A DNA stretch of 62,760 bases, the filler included. It is 4 parts of 4 records of this genome, joined end to end, with 100 filler letters (N's around TTAATTAATTAA, not from the genome) between each part and the next. Parts side by side here need not be neighbours in the genome. Positions count along the whole stretch, not along the records: positions 15,684 to 38,579 come from SRR20825019_1830; 3 more parts are not named here. One strand, written 5' to 3'. Each line of letters starts with the position of its first letter. The stretch's first letter is position 1. This document shows positions 25,220 through 37,833 of the stretch, in pieces. Both the position numbers and the translations under genes were made by a program. The notes beneath the pieces are model-generated. The model saw only the letters and a program-made list of their open reading frames with translations, did not search any database and was not told the DNA's origin.

Positions 25220-25293
25220 CACGGAATCATCTGTAGTTTGAAGAACCTGTAAAACCTACTCGCACTTTCTTCTTGCTCGAATACCAGAAGTCA

Positions 25294-26112
25294 CTAGGTG
25301 TCTTTTCCTTTTGCCTTGCTGAACTTTCCGACTGCCTTTGCCGTAGTCTTTACCGCGGATGGGTTTGCAGAGAAGAAAGAGGGCAAAGCCCCTCCATCGA
25401 ACCATTTATCACTTACAGCTTTAGGAAGCCGCAAAATGACACGGACGAACTCTGCAAATAGATCATTTTGTGCTGTGGCACTCGAATAAGTTACAGGCCG
25501 TGGGACCCGCGACACACTGTCACATGCCTTTGAAAATGGCCTTGGAGTTAGCCTGCAATTCCCGTAAGGCCTCGACGTCATCCTTGTTCTTTTCCAAATC
25601 ACCCAATAGGAGTGTTAATGCATCAAAGTCCTCTTTGGGAAGCTCTCCCTGCTAACTTTTAGCCGAGTCAAAAAACATCCCTAATAGGTTCACCTTAGCA
25701 CGGGCCAAAAACTTCATGGATGCGACGGAGTCTGCTTTTTCTTGCTCCTCGACTCTCTCTTGGACTTCCTTTTCCCGTTCTTCTCTTCGTCGGCTCTTTT
25801 CAACCACTCTGTCTGCCTTCTCCCGTTTTAGGTCTTGCTTCAAGCGCATTCTCTATACACAGGGCTTAGCGGTAAACCTGACCCAGGACAAAGCCCATAC
25901 AGCATCACGTTGCTCCATTCTATTTAGAAATGGGGTTCCTTTCTCTGATACCTTGCGAGGAATGGTAGCAGGGTCCCTTTCAACAGTGCCAATAAGCTTT
26001 GCAAATTTCTCGTTCTCACGTAAATCCTGGAATGCTAGCGGTGAGGCAATAACACTAACACCACACACCGAGAACGTACCGCATAACTGCCACTAGAGGT
26101 TCCCCCACTCAT
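25294..26112 (-). CDS. Hypothetical protein with a coiled coil and a small C-terminal helical (PAH-like) domain, multi-exon
   Basis: Exons read MSGGTSSGSYA-DLRENEKF...-RMRLKQDLKREK...-GELPKEDFDAL...AIFK-AQNDLFAEFVRVI. The 3' end is uncertain. Confidence 0.6.
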
Positions 26113-26861
26113 GCTTCGGACTTTCAAGATAAAGACTTGGATTGGACTAAATGGTGTCTATATGGCGTGGGCTCTTACCCAGAGTTTCGACTGACGGACT
26201 GGAGAGCTGACAGGCACTGACCGGCCGACTCGCCGTGTACGGTACCTGCCTGCACGGTGAGACTTGCCGCTCGCTCTCTCACCTCACCCGGTGGTCGGTC
26301 GGCGAGGTCCCACGCCCCAGGCCGTCCTCGTCACTCCCGGTCGAGTCACTGCTGACAGTGAGAGTGAGTTCGATCCACACAGCCTGGCAGACTGGGCCTT
26401 CCGAAGGCGGCGCACTCATGCCGCATGGCCCGGCGGCCCGGCCGGCCGGGCTGGCTGAGCCGGCCTAGTCGACCGGACCAGGGGCGCACGGCATCCGGAT
26501 CGTGATCGGTCCGCCAAGCGAGTTGGTCGTCACCCGCCGGGCCGACCGGGCCGCGGGCTCACCGCGGTCACTGGTCACTGATGACTCGCGAAGGGATCTT
26601 GATCCCTCCTGACGAGGCCAGCCGGACTCATGATGCACTCGCCAGCAGACCCGCACCCCAGCTCCACCGTCCAGAAGCCCCCCGGCGGCCTTGGACTGCG
26701 AGGTGACTATCGAAACCGCAGTACGGCACCGGAACGTCTCGCGAGGATGGTCACCGGGTCGGGATCCCAGGGAGGCCTGACTAAATCCCACGAGTGACTG
26801 CACTGATCAGCACCTCCGTATACCACAATAGGATGTGGATATACACACTGAGAGTCTCAGT

Positions 26862-28775
26862 TTATTCCTCCGAGCCGCAGAACGCGCCCGCTTCCTTCTG
26901 CATCTTCAGGCCCTTGACAAGGGCGGCGGACCCAGCCTCGTCGCCACCGACGCCGTTGCACGCATCCGTGGCCGCTCGCCACGCCAGAGCCCATTCGCCA
27001 GTAAGGTCAGACGCCTTGCGGATGAACTTGTGATCAAGGTTCGCAAGCTGCTCACAGAAGCCTTCCTTCTTGTGGGTCTTGACGTGGGCCACGAAGGCTT
27101 CAAGCGCGGCCCAGTGGTCCTCTCCACTGTCACCTCCGACAGGAAGACCGCGGCCGCGGGGTGCTGCCTTCTTGGGCTTCTTAGCACCATCTGTATCGTC
27201 ATCACCTGTGTCATCATCACCGCCGGCGGGGGCGGAGGCGGAGGCGCGCTCTACGCAGAAATTGTCCCCACCCTCATTCTTCACCTCGCAGCGCTTGGAG
27301 ACGGCGCACTGGCAGTAGTTGGTGTCCTTGGGGGTCATACCGAAGCTGCGTCTCTCCTCCATGCCCAGCTTATACACGTCGGCACAGGTTTTGCCATGCT
27401 TCAGGGCCGGGGCGCTACCGAGGCACCGCTTGCCATCGAGGTTCGCGCAGTCTTTGGTCTTGGAGTTGAGCTGGCTGCACTGGATGTCAGAGGGCACACT
27501 GTCGTCCTCGCCATCATTGCCGGCGCTGCCGGAGCCGATATCAACGGAGCGATCGGTTTCCTCTGTTGAGAAAGGATAAGTCAGTCATCAGTCAGCGTTT
27601 GGTTCCATAAAAACGCTGTGCACACGTACTGAGCCGGTAGCCGAGTTTTTGGAGTTTGCCCCACCACTCGTTCACCTTGGCACGGTTCTCAATGCAAGCC
27701 ATCTGTGAACATCCTGAGTCAATCCCAGCCTGAACCCCTCCCCCCCAAAAAAAACACAACCCCACAAGACAACAACAAAAAAAAAAAAAAGACTTACAGT
27801 GTCAAAGCCTTCCTGCTCTTTGGTGGTGAACTCGTTGACCCATTTCATAGAGCGGCATTCACGCACACGGGAGCCGTCCGGCAGGGTCCGTGCACAGTAG
27901 GCACAGCGCCGGCGGTCAGTTGCACTTGCAATGTTGCCGAAACCACCGCCATTCTCGTCATTGAGGCACTTGTTGATGGCCCCAGAGCGGTCGTTCGCAC
28001 CGCACGGGCAACGCGGGTCGGCGTCGGGCCCGGTGCAGTACTTCTGCTGAATGAGAGGGCAAGCGGAAAGCTTCTCCATGGAGGCGAAGACACCGGTGAC
28101 CTTCAAAGTATCACAAGCACGGTTTGCACCGCCGCAGACCGCGCATTCGTGTCCGGTTGAGTCCTTGCCCTGTCAAACCACTCAGTAACAGTGCCACACT
28201 CCCTACAACACAGCACCCACCTCGTTCTTCGTGGTACACTCGTCAGCGGTCCGCTGCCAGCAGTATTCCCCTTGGGGTCGCTCGGTCGCCGCCTGGCACG
28301 GGCCATGGGCCTCGCAGAAGCCGTCCATGCACGCGTCCCTCTCAGCCTGAACGCTGTTCCCAGCCAGTCTGCGCTTGTTCTGGCACTTTTTGCTCTTCGA
28401 GCAAGCGATGCACGGGCTTCCGTTGTCGTCAAACTCAGGGCACTCCTCAAAGGAATGGTCAAAGCAGTATCCCACCCTCTTCAAGTGCATGGACTCGTCG
28501 ACGCCCTCAAAGTGGCAGTGCTCCTTAGCGCCTGCAGCCGCAGACAGCAGGTGGTCGCCACCGCCCTTCATAAGGCTAATCGCCACGTTGATGTCCATGC
28601 ACCTCTCGTTATCGTCAAGGGTCGAACCCCCCTCGCAATAGGCACAAACACGCTTCTCTGAGCCGCTTCGCATCTCGGTCTTGCTGTTACAAGCATCCTT
28701 GCCCAGCGTCGGCGCGCAGTAGCAGTGGGCGCCGGCCACCAGAGCCAGCACGAGGAGTACCGATACCGCCTTCAT
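26862..28775 (-). CDS. Secreted cysteine-rich protein of unknown family, multi-exon
   Basis: Signal peptide MKAVSVLLVLALVAGAHC. Cys is dense throughout ORF segments 28203-28775, 27672-28106 and 26862-27497. Third codon positions are visibly GC-biased. Confidence 0.8.
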
Positions 28776-28799
28776 AGCTATTGGTCTTCAACACGCGTA

Positions 28800-29900
28800 C
28801 TTGGGGTGACCTTATATGACGCGACTCTCTGCGGGGTTGGACTGATCTGATGGAGTGCGCACCTTGCGCCAGCCCCGGCTCGGGTGGGATCGGCGCGGTG
28901 ACCGGCGGCCAGGCCCGCCGGCCGCGGGCGGTGCACACGCCTGACACACCACCAGTGGTCTTGCCCACGGCCCACGGGCGGCCCGGGCCCCGCCGGGCGC
29001 CGGCGGCCCGGCTGCCGGACGGCGCGACCCAGTGGCCCGGAGCCGGCCCGGCGGGCGCGGACCGAACCAGCGGCACGCCCCGGCCGACCGTGACTGCCAG
29101 TGCCACCCGGGACGCAGGCAGGCGGCTCACGGCGGCCGGATCCTGATCCATGCGGCCGCCGCCTACGCCACGCGGCGGCGGCCGCGACGCCGCTGGTCCG
29201 CTGGCCGTAAGGCGCACCGTGGCGTCAGCCGGGCTCACACTCCGACAGCGAGGCCGTGACTGGGCACGCCGAGCCGCGGCTCTGATCCTGGCGCGGCCGG
29301 ATCGGACGACACGGTGGCTCGGAAACTCTGAGATTGCCTCATCATCCGGATGGCCCGCGGCTCAGCCACGGGCGGATCCGGGATCGCGGGGCGCCCTCCC
29401 CCGGGCGGGGCCGCCGGCCCACCGCACGCACGCGGGCCGCCGGTGTGCCCGGCGTCCCGGCCGAGCCGGATGACCACCGGCCAGTCCTGAGCCCCGGGGA
29501 CTCGATCACGCAGGCCGGGCCGGGCCGATGGTACCACGGTCGGATGCTGGCCCCGCCCGGCCGGGGAGGCTGTGCTACCGACTGGGGTCCGGCGAGCCGG
29601 GCGCCGCCGCACCAGCGATGTCCGGCGTCCGCACGAACTGAACCGCCGCGGGCGGGCGAGAGCCGGACCTCCAGTGACACACCTCCGCCGCGCCCGGCCT
29701 GGAGGCCAGCGGGCCCGGACGGCCCGGCGCGGGCCTGCGCCCCGCTCCGGCCAGTCGCCAGGGCTGCTGGCCGCCCGGGCGGGTGACTGAGGGCTGAGGG
29801 CCGGCGGGCCCGCGGACCGGGCTCAGAAGGCCCGAGTCAGTCAGCAGCCGAGCGGGAGTTTGCGCTTGGGGGAATGCAAGGCGGGCCTCTGGTCCGTGGT
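28800..29900. promoter_or_regulatory. GC-rich, CpG-island-like upstream region (one of about ten in the window)
   Basis: Dense GGCC/CCGG with interspersed TCAGT/ACTGA/TGACT words. Lies directly 5' of a gene start. Confidence 0.55.
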
Positions 29901-30613
29901 GGTGCCAGCGGCGGCCGACACAGACTGATGAGCGGATCAGTTCACGACGCCCGGACTCTGGAAGTCAAACTGACGAAAAGTTCACGTGCGATAGCGCGTT
30001 TATTCACCTTGCGGCGCGGTGGCGCGGGACCGTCAGTGTTGAAAATCTCTGAGTGCTCGTGTTAGTTTAGTAGATACGGTATTCGCAACCTGTACGTAGA
30101 TGGGAACGAACACGCTTCGGGATAGGAGTCTCGTGTTGACTGGACGAGAAGGATTTTATTAAGTAATTAGGATTTTCAACACGTCCGGGCGGCCGCCGGC
30201 CCACCCGCGTCACAGACTCCATTGGTAGTGATACGGCTGGGGTCCGGATGGAAGTGCACAAATCTGGGCCAGCAACAACTGACGGTAAGACCGATTACGT
30301 GAACATCCCCTAAACATTCACCTCCAGTCTGTTGGCACTCACTGTGCCGGTGCTGCATGTCATATTGATTGATGTGCATCCAGGTCAGCCTATAACTGGC
30401 CTGCCGCACCCCCCATGCACACTCACAAAAGATGATGTCTGTATGCTATAGATAAGGATGCATGCCATCGCTCGCCACGTTGATATAGCTAGGTTATGTT
30501 GGGTTCCCAGGGTTGGTTGGAGTGTGGGATCCATTCTAGTCTTGGTGCCAGCCGCCTCCAACCAAGTGAATTCAAGGCACAAGATATATTCTACCGCTAT
30601 GGTCAAGTACTCA

Positions 30614-31425
30614 TCAATGCGGAGTCCTTAGGAAGGGGTGATCCAGAACTTCATGAATTGCTGCCCGTTCCGAAGGGTTCGGCTTACACATCATAACGAA
30701 TAAACTCATGAAGTCACGTGGAAGGGGTGTCGCAGAGTATGCTCTGGTCCACTCCCAAATAAGGTCAAGGGATTCGTAAAAGGTATTAAACAATTGATCT
30801 GTTGATACAGCAGCTTGCCACGGGCAGAATGAAGTTGCAACGTTGTACATCACAATTCCAAGGGCCCATACGTCGGCAGCTTTAGCATCCCAATCTTGGC
30901 CGTTGAAGCTATCAGGCGACATGTATGCCATACTACCACATATAGTTCTACAAAGCTCATTGGCATTTGGAAGCGCCAAAGCAAAATCACAGAGCTTCGC
31001 TGTACTTTCCTCGCCAACATGATTCTGTGTTATCAAAGTTTGATATCACGATGGGCAATATCGGCGTCATGCATTGCAGCAAGTCCTGCTGCCACCTGCA
31101 AAACTAGAGTTTTCACCTCGCCAAGAGAAAGCCTGTCCCTTTCTCCTAATACGCTGAATACGTCGTAAGAACAATATTCCATAACAATAGCGGAGTGAGG
31201 GATGTTTCCTATATTCACGAAGTCAATAACTTCCTTCAATTCGACAAGGTTATTGTGCTTCGGTAGTGCACTTAGTATCTGCCTCTCTCTCTGAAAAAGA
31301 ATTGGCCCGTTTTCAAAGAGAGCAAACACTTTCATGGCGTAGAGCCCAGTTTGGTTTGAGTCTGCGCACAAATAAACTTTGCCATGCGACCCTTCTCCAA
31401 TTTTTTGGAGAAGATTGTAAGGCAT
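30614..31425 (-). pseudogene. Ser/Thr protein kinase (CAMK-like), frameshifted at the catalytic loop
   Basis: IGEGSHGKV, YAMK and HRDIKL are followed by a stop at 31033-31035. The rest (KLCDFALA, CGSMAYMSPD, ADVWALG, P..R) is in another frame, with no GT-AG intron between. Confidence 0.75.
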
Positions 31426-32817
31426 ATTCGCACCGGGTCTACAGAGGAGGAAAATTCGTCTGTACGCTCACTATATTTTGAGCTTGGGGGGGCACCCTCA
31501 GGACTCGGTTGACGCGGCGACGGATCCCCAGCCCCCGAGCGTGGCGGGCTGAGAGTCCTCCGGCCCCTGAACTTAACGTTTCCAGTGTGGCACTTTGCTA
31601 CGGGCCACGCGGCCAGTACTGACGCCTGTGCCGGAACGTGGCCGAACCGGGAGCCGGCTCGTCAAGCGGCCTAATACTCCGTTGCCTGGCAGGCTGAGCT
31701 CCACTGTCTCGTCGAGTCCGCGGTGTGGCTCATGCCGCAGCCGGCCTCACGGGCAGCGGCGGGCGCCGGCGCCGGTGGTGCCCGCCCGGCGGCGCCGGCG
31801 GGACGACGACAAACAAACCAACAACAATAAACACTCTGACAGGCTTCACCGACCGCCCCGGCGGCCCAGGAATCACGGAGCATCATGAGTAGGGCAAACA
31901 CCGGCAATGACTAACGGCCGATGAGTAGCCGGGGCTGGCCGGACGGTTGTGGCTCCCCCCCACGGCTGCGGGTCAATGACCACTCCCAGTCTTCGAGCGT
32001 GTGTCGGTTTCGGTGAGAGCCTCCGTCGGGGACGAGAATGGAAAGCCCGCCGCCTGGCTGACCGTGACGGTGCGGTGTTGCCCCAGCAGAGTTCTGGACC
32101 CGGGCGGGATCCGATCGGATTGCAGCCTCCGGGAAGTCCCGGCGGTCACGGGTTGTTTGTGAACCCAAGGGGCGTTCGTCGTCGGACGTGACCCCTGGTC
32201 AGCAGGAGATCACGACATCCATCCCGCGTGACTGACTGATCGGGGGGTTGGTCGACCCGTCACAGCAGGCCGCGGCCCGGGACCATCTCAGCCCTCCTCC
32301 GAGCAGGCTTTCACCCTACGGCAGAGCGGACGAGACCAAGGCCCCACAGTCCGGCCGGGGCCCGCCGGCCGATTCAGTGATGATCGAGAGGGTGGCAGGG
32401 GCCAATATAAATTAACTGGTATCTTATCACCATCGGCCTCGGACCGGACTCCCCAAATGAGGGTAATAAGAAGTTGGTTCTGAAGTCCGGAGCCGCTCCG
32501 ACGAAGCCCGCCGGCCCTCACGGCTCGGCCGGGCGTCCGGCCCGCCGCGCCCACTCGACTGGGCTCGCCCCTCCGACTACCGGCTGGCTCATCCGGCGAG
32601 GCGGCGGGACGAGGGTTTTCGGCATTCGCCAGTGGTCGCGGTACGCGCGCCCCGCCTGGCTTCACTCAGGTGCGGAGAGGGCGCACGCGCATTCAGTGGC
32701 CAGTTGCGCGCGGGCCGGCCGTGGTGGCCGTCGTCTTGGCACACCACTGGCTTGTGTGTTAACGAGCTGTCGATATAACGGCCCGTCTCGACTACACAAC
32801 TTCTCTGAAAGCATAAG

Positions 32818-34145
32818 ATGGCACCATTACAGTGCGTATTTTTGGACAAGAGAGAAAGCAAAGATGTCACTTCCGTCGTCAAGAGGTGTGGATACGATAT
32901 CAAGGTGGCTACGACAACATCCTCGGCAATATCATCGATTAATGACTCCCCACCAGATGTGGTGATCACTCGACTGGGCATAGACAAGGTGGGCCACTTT
33001 AAGGATTACACACGTTGGTCTCCTTACGGTTAACCTAGGATGATCACGGTCTGTCCTTATTGAAGGCTGTAAAAGGAAGTTTTCCGGAGGTAACCTATAG
33101 GGTGTGAGATCATGTTATTTTGTGATTAGTAATAGTCGAATCAGACCTTTTGTGTTGTATATAGCAGAACTGCGGTAGACTCTGCTGCTACCAGACAGCT
33201 TTGTTTTGATGAAGGCGCCAACATGGTTACAATATGCCCTTCGTCTCTTCAGCACACTTTGAACGAGGTCCGCAAAGTTCAAAAATCCAGGTTGCGCAGT
33301 GGTGGCTTCAAGTGTGTATATTGTACAATGGATCGACTCTCTGAAGACGGCTTGTGGTCACACTGTCCCCTTTATCACATCAATTGTGAAAATATGTCCG
33401 TTGTATGCCCGATATGTGGGGAACATTCAGGAAGAGTGCCAATTCAAGTCCACATCCACGAGAACCATGGCCCTGTTGGTATGAAATGATGCGGCGAAGA
33501 AGTGATTCATGGGCCTACTGACGGAATAATAGGCCGAGGAGAAATGCCCCATGGTGGTCGGCCTAGAGTGAACATCTATGCATTCGCTCTCGTTCTGGTG
33601 CGCAATGACGTGGATGGGCGATACTTGCTTGTGCAGGAGGTCAGTTTTTCAAAACTTCAGCCATGGCGAGTTGCTAACCCTCATCAAGTTTGCAAACTCT
33701 GGATTTTGGTTACCTGGAGGGGGGGTGGATGCAGGCGAACGCCTTGACATAGCGGCGATCAGAGAGTGCAAGGAAGAAGCAGGCGTGGATATCGAACTCA
33801 CTGGTGTGGTTCGGTTTGAGTACACGCCATGTGGAGGCTACGTGCGCCTTCGGATAATATTCTGCGGTCGACCTAAGGATCCAAAACAGCTTCCTAAGAG
33901 CATTCCTGATTTTGAGAGCGCAGGTTCGGTTGATTCATGGTGGTGAATGCACATGTCTTGTTGTGGGGCTGATCACGGCGGCAGGAGCGGTGTGGGTGTC
34001 TCCGGATGAGCTTCACTCCCTTCGATTGAGGGGCCCGGAGCCTGCAGAGTGGATCCCGCCCCTGGAGAAGGGCCAAGTTCACATCGCCCCGCTAAATATC
34101 ATGAATGTCGAAGGGGCACCTCCAGGCTCTAAGTTGTCCGATTAA
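32818..34145 (+). CDS. Receiver-like domain + C2H2/Di19-like zinc fingers + Nudix hydrolase (NUDT18-like), multi-exon
   Basis: Nudix box GGGVDAGERLDIAAIRECKEEAGV. Zinc fingers FKCVYC...HCPLYH and CPIC...HIHENH. The N-terminus shows a CheY-like pattern (AISSINDSPPDVVIT...GLSLLKAVK...GANMV). Confidence 0.82.
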
Positions 34146-34201
34146 AAAGGAACTGGGCAAACGTATTTCGGGTTTCTTTTGTTACAGCTGGTTTATCATA
34201 A

Positions 34202-37200
34202 TCACCACTGAGGCTTTGACTTACCCTTGATGGGAGCATGGCAGAGAGGGCAGCTGCTCCGGTGCTGCCTCTGAATTTCCTGCTGGAGAGAGTAATGACG
34301 GCAGTTACGGCAGCGGTATGTAGGTGTCTGCTCGCTTCGCTTCTCGAGAATAATACGCCCAGACGCGACGCAAATTGGGAAATCGTGTCCACAAGTGTTG
34401 CAATGGGTGTCCCATTGGCTGAGCTTGTTTGCGCACATATCGTTGGGACAATCGACCCGCTTCATATTCGGGTCAGTTGGAGTGTGCTTCCGGAATAGTT
34501 CCATAGCCACGGCACCGTACTGCTCCAATTCCTCGGGAGTTCCATCCTCCAGAGCTTCAAGCTTGATGAAGGCCTTGGAACACTGCTGGTAGCACTTGTT
34601 AAAGAAAGCGGCCAGGGCAATAATGGAATAAATCTCTCGGCAATCGAGAACATCCTCGTAGTTTGACAGAAACAACGCTGTCCTGAGGGCGAAATCATAC
34701 TTGTTCTCATACAGCTGCTGCTGGGCCATCATGAAGAAGTGATAGGCCTCAGCACCGTGCCAGGATGACTCCATGGGCTTATCTGCGCCATCCTCACCTC
34801 CATCAAGAAGGCCATCGAGTGTCTGGGCAGTCATTGACATGGCAGTTGCCATGGTAGTGTTCCCTCCTCTTAGATCAATCGTCTTGTTCTTGAATTTCTC
34901 CATTTCAAGCGCACTCAGCACGAACAACTTCTTCACCATAAGTGGCTCGACCTTCTTGGCTGCCTCTGCTTTTGCAAGCTGGTTCAAGAGACGCGCGGAA
35001 TCTGAGTGACGGCCGGCCTTGCGGTAGAGCTCAATAGCCTGGAAGGGCTTCTTCTTATCAAGCAAATGTTGGGCATACTTGGTGAGCAACCCTTCGATCT
35101 GCTGGAACTCGTATTTCTCGGCTAGTTGAACAGCTTGATCCCACTGATTCAGCAATACACACGTATCAATGGCACTCTTGACATCACCAGCCTTGATATA
35201 AGCCGCCACTGCAGGCTCGGACATACCTACAAGAGCAAACTTTTCGCCAATGCTGGCCAGCTGAGGGCTGCCATCAGGGAGAGCATCTATCAACTTCTCG
35301 AGACCAGCATAGTCCTCAAGGTTATAGAAGCAGTCCACCAAGCGCTCGTTATCCCTGATCTTGGTGTACATCTGAACAGCCCTTGCCCACTCACGACGGT
35401 CAACATAGTGATCTCCGATCTCTCTCATGGCACGAGTGTGCATCTTGTCATCACCAGCCCCGCCCTGAACAAGCTGTTCAACACGGTGCCAGTTGCCCAC
35501 ACGGGCCCATAGATCCACGGCGAGATCCCTACGGTCCATCTCTCTGTAAAGTGTCTCCGCCTCGTCGAAACGCTTGAAATACGCAGCAATCTCGGCCTTC
35601 TGCTTTTGCTTATTATCCAAAACCTTCATTTTCTTGACGAACTGGATGCCCATGAAGTCATTGCACCTCACGAAGGCCTTGTCCGCAAGGTTGAAATCAA
35701 GCCTTTCCAGGGCAGCCTCGGCAAGCAGGCGCCACAAGCGAGGGTGTTCAAACCGCTCGATGTAGGCATATGCCTCCTTGATATTCACCTGCTCAATAAT
35801 ATCACGAGTATCTCGGAGCGCCTTGGTTTCAAATGTCACAATATGGCTAGATTCAGGTCGTGCGGGATCAGCCATGATTTCATCAAGGAGAGCAGCCTGT
35901 TGAAGAAAGGGTGAGAAAACGGCATATTGCATCGGCGGGGCACACTTACCTTAATCTCGAGGTTATTGAAATCGCAGAGGTATCCACTGCTCGTGATGGG
36001 CTCCTCGGGCTCACGGTTGGCGAGGATATACATTCTAGTTTTTTCCATGATGGCAATCAAATCCGGGTTGTCGTCACTCCAGCGCATATCCCAAACATCC
36101 TTCCGTTCCATCGGAACATGCTTTCCGATGGAGCTATCCTCGTTGGTCTCGTCCAAATAGAAGAAGGAAAGCACACCGTGGATGTCAATAATACTCATCG
36201 TCTTGGACTCGCAGTTAAGGGCGAGGAGCTGGGGACGGCAGTTGACAACATATTTGTGCTCTAGTGAAATGTGGGGAAGCGTGTAGCGGTGAATGGCTCC
36301 GCTTTCGCGCCCAATCATGAGAACCTTGTCGGTCGCGGCGATGCAGCAGATAGAGTCGATGGGATCATTGATATTACGCTGCCTCGAATTACCATCCTGA
36401 GTCCCATCATCAATGTGAAAGGTACGCTCGCGCCCCTCCTTCCGGCGAAGGGAAGATGACGTTTCGACAGAAGTGAGCTTTGACACAAGCGTGCGATATT
36501 GCCAGACATAAACTTGCTCATTATTGGCAACGATGACATGGTACTTCGTGATTGTGATTTGGAGAGGCTCGATGTCAATGTATTTGCAGTCCACAGGAGA
36601 GCCAATGGCATTGCACAAAATGAGGATGTACTGGCCTTCTTGCTCTTCAGCCTTTGCAGCCAAAACACAGTTTTCACCACAGGCACGGATGGCTAGAAGC
36701 TTGTTCACGTACTTCACGTGGGTCTCATTCTGAACCGTGTCGCGGAAAACGACGCAGCTCTCCGGCCGTTCGGGCTTGTTGTACGCATACACCAAAGTAT
36801 TGGAGAAGTACCCCCAGCGATAGTCCGGCCTCAGATTGGCAAAGTAGATGTAGCAGTCAACCGCAAAGGCGATGCGCAGGCTGTTTCCCTCCCAAGACAG
36901 AGCCGTAATACCGTTACCGGGAACCTTCAGAGAGCGGATGTGCTGGCCATAAGGATTGTAGAACTGAACCATGGATACCTCGCGAAGCTCTCCCCCCGAG
37001 CTAGTCTGAACAGTACCAGCAATCGCAAGCATTTGGCCGTTACTTGACCACTCTGCCTTTGAAAGGCGCATGTCGGTATCCAAGAGAACAGGGCGATCGT
37101 CATTAACACTGCGCATGAGCTGTGCCCGTCCATTCGCAAACACAATGGCCAGGGTGGGAGCGTTGTCATCAACGAATCCTTCGGCACCGTCATACCAGTC

Positions 37201-37833
37201 CATAGTTACGATCGTCTCGCCCTTGGAATCTTCGTCAATGCAGTACAAGGGCAAGCGGAACACAAAGTTGCCAGACGCATCAAAGACATGAATGTCGCCT
37301 TGAGAAGTTCCAAACAGGATATTCCTGCCATCCGGAGTCCACTCAACATGAGAGAGCTGCAGCTTGGTTTCCTTTCCCCAGAGGCGGTTGCCATCGACCG
37401 ACCCTACAATCACGGCCCCATCCTCGTACACAATGCAGATTTTTTGTCCGTCTGCTGTCCACCTCATGGATGTCACCACACTCTTGTTACGGTTATTGAT
37501 CATTTCCTCAAACCACATTCCTTTGTGGAGCATCCACACAATAATTAGTCCGTACGCGTCGCTGGTGGTCAATTTCCGATAGATTTCGTTCCAAGTTACC
37601 ACCATAACCGCCCCGTTGTGTCCATCAAGTGTTTGATTCATGGAAAGATTGCTAGGCGCAGCGATTCCCACGGTTCCGTTAGCCCGAACACCAGTGCTGG
37701 CTTCTAGCTTGAGAACCTTCAACAAACCATTTTCCCCACCACAAGCTATCCATCCTTGCTCACTATTCCATGCAATGGACTTGAGCTTGGTATTGTTGGG
37801 AATAGCAATCTTCTTGCTCAAATAAATGAACAT
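34202..37833 (-). CDS. WDR35: Intraflagellar transport protein IFT121 / WDR35
   Basis: Diagnostic N-terminus MFIYLSKKIAIPNN...GWIACGG..GLLKVLKL. WD40 repeats, a TPR-like region and a C-terminal Zn-finger CVASGR...CPLCH. Single intron 35897-35949. Confidence 0.97.

Noticed and set aside
28687-29790. Many overlapping Arg/Pro/Gly/Ala-rich ORFs (also at 6000-6900, 7900-8500, 23000-24100, 54900-55500)
   Set aside because: They arise from stop-codon depletion in GC-rich intergenic islands. No domain signal.
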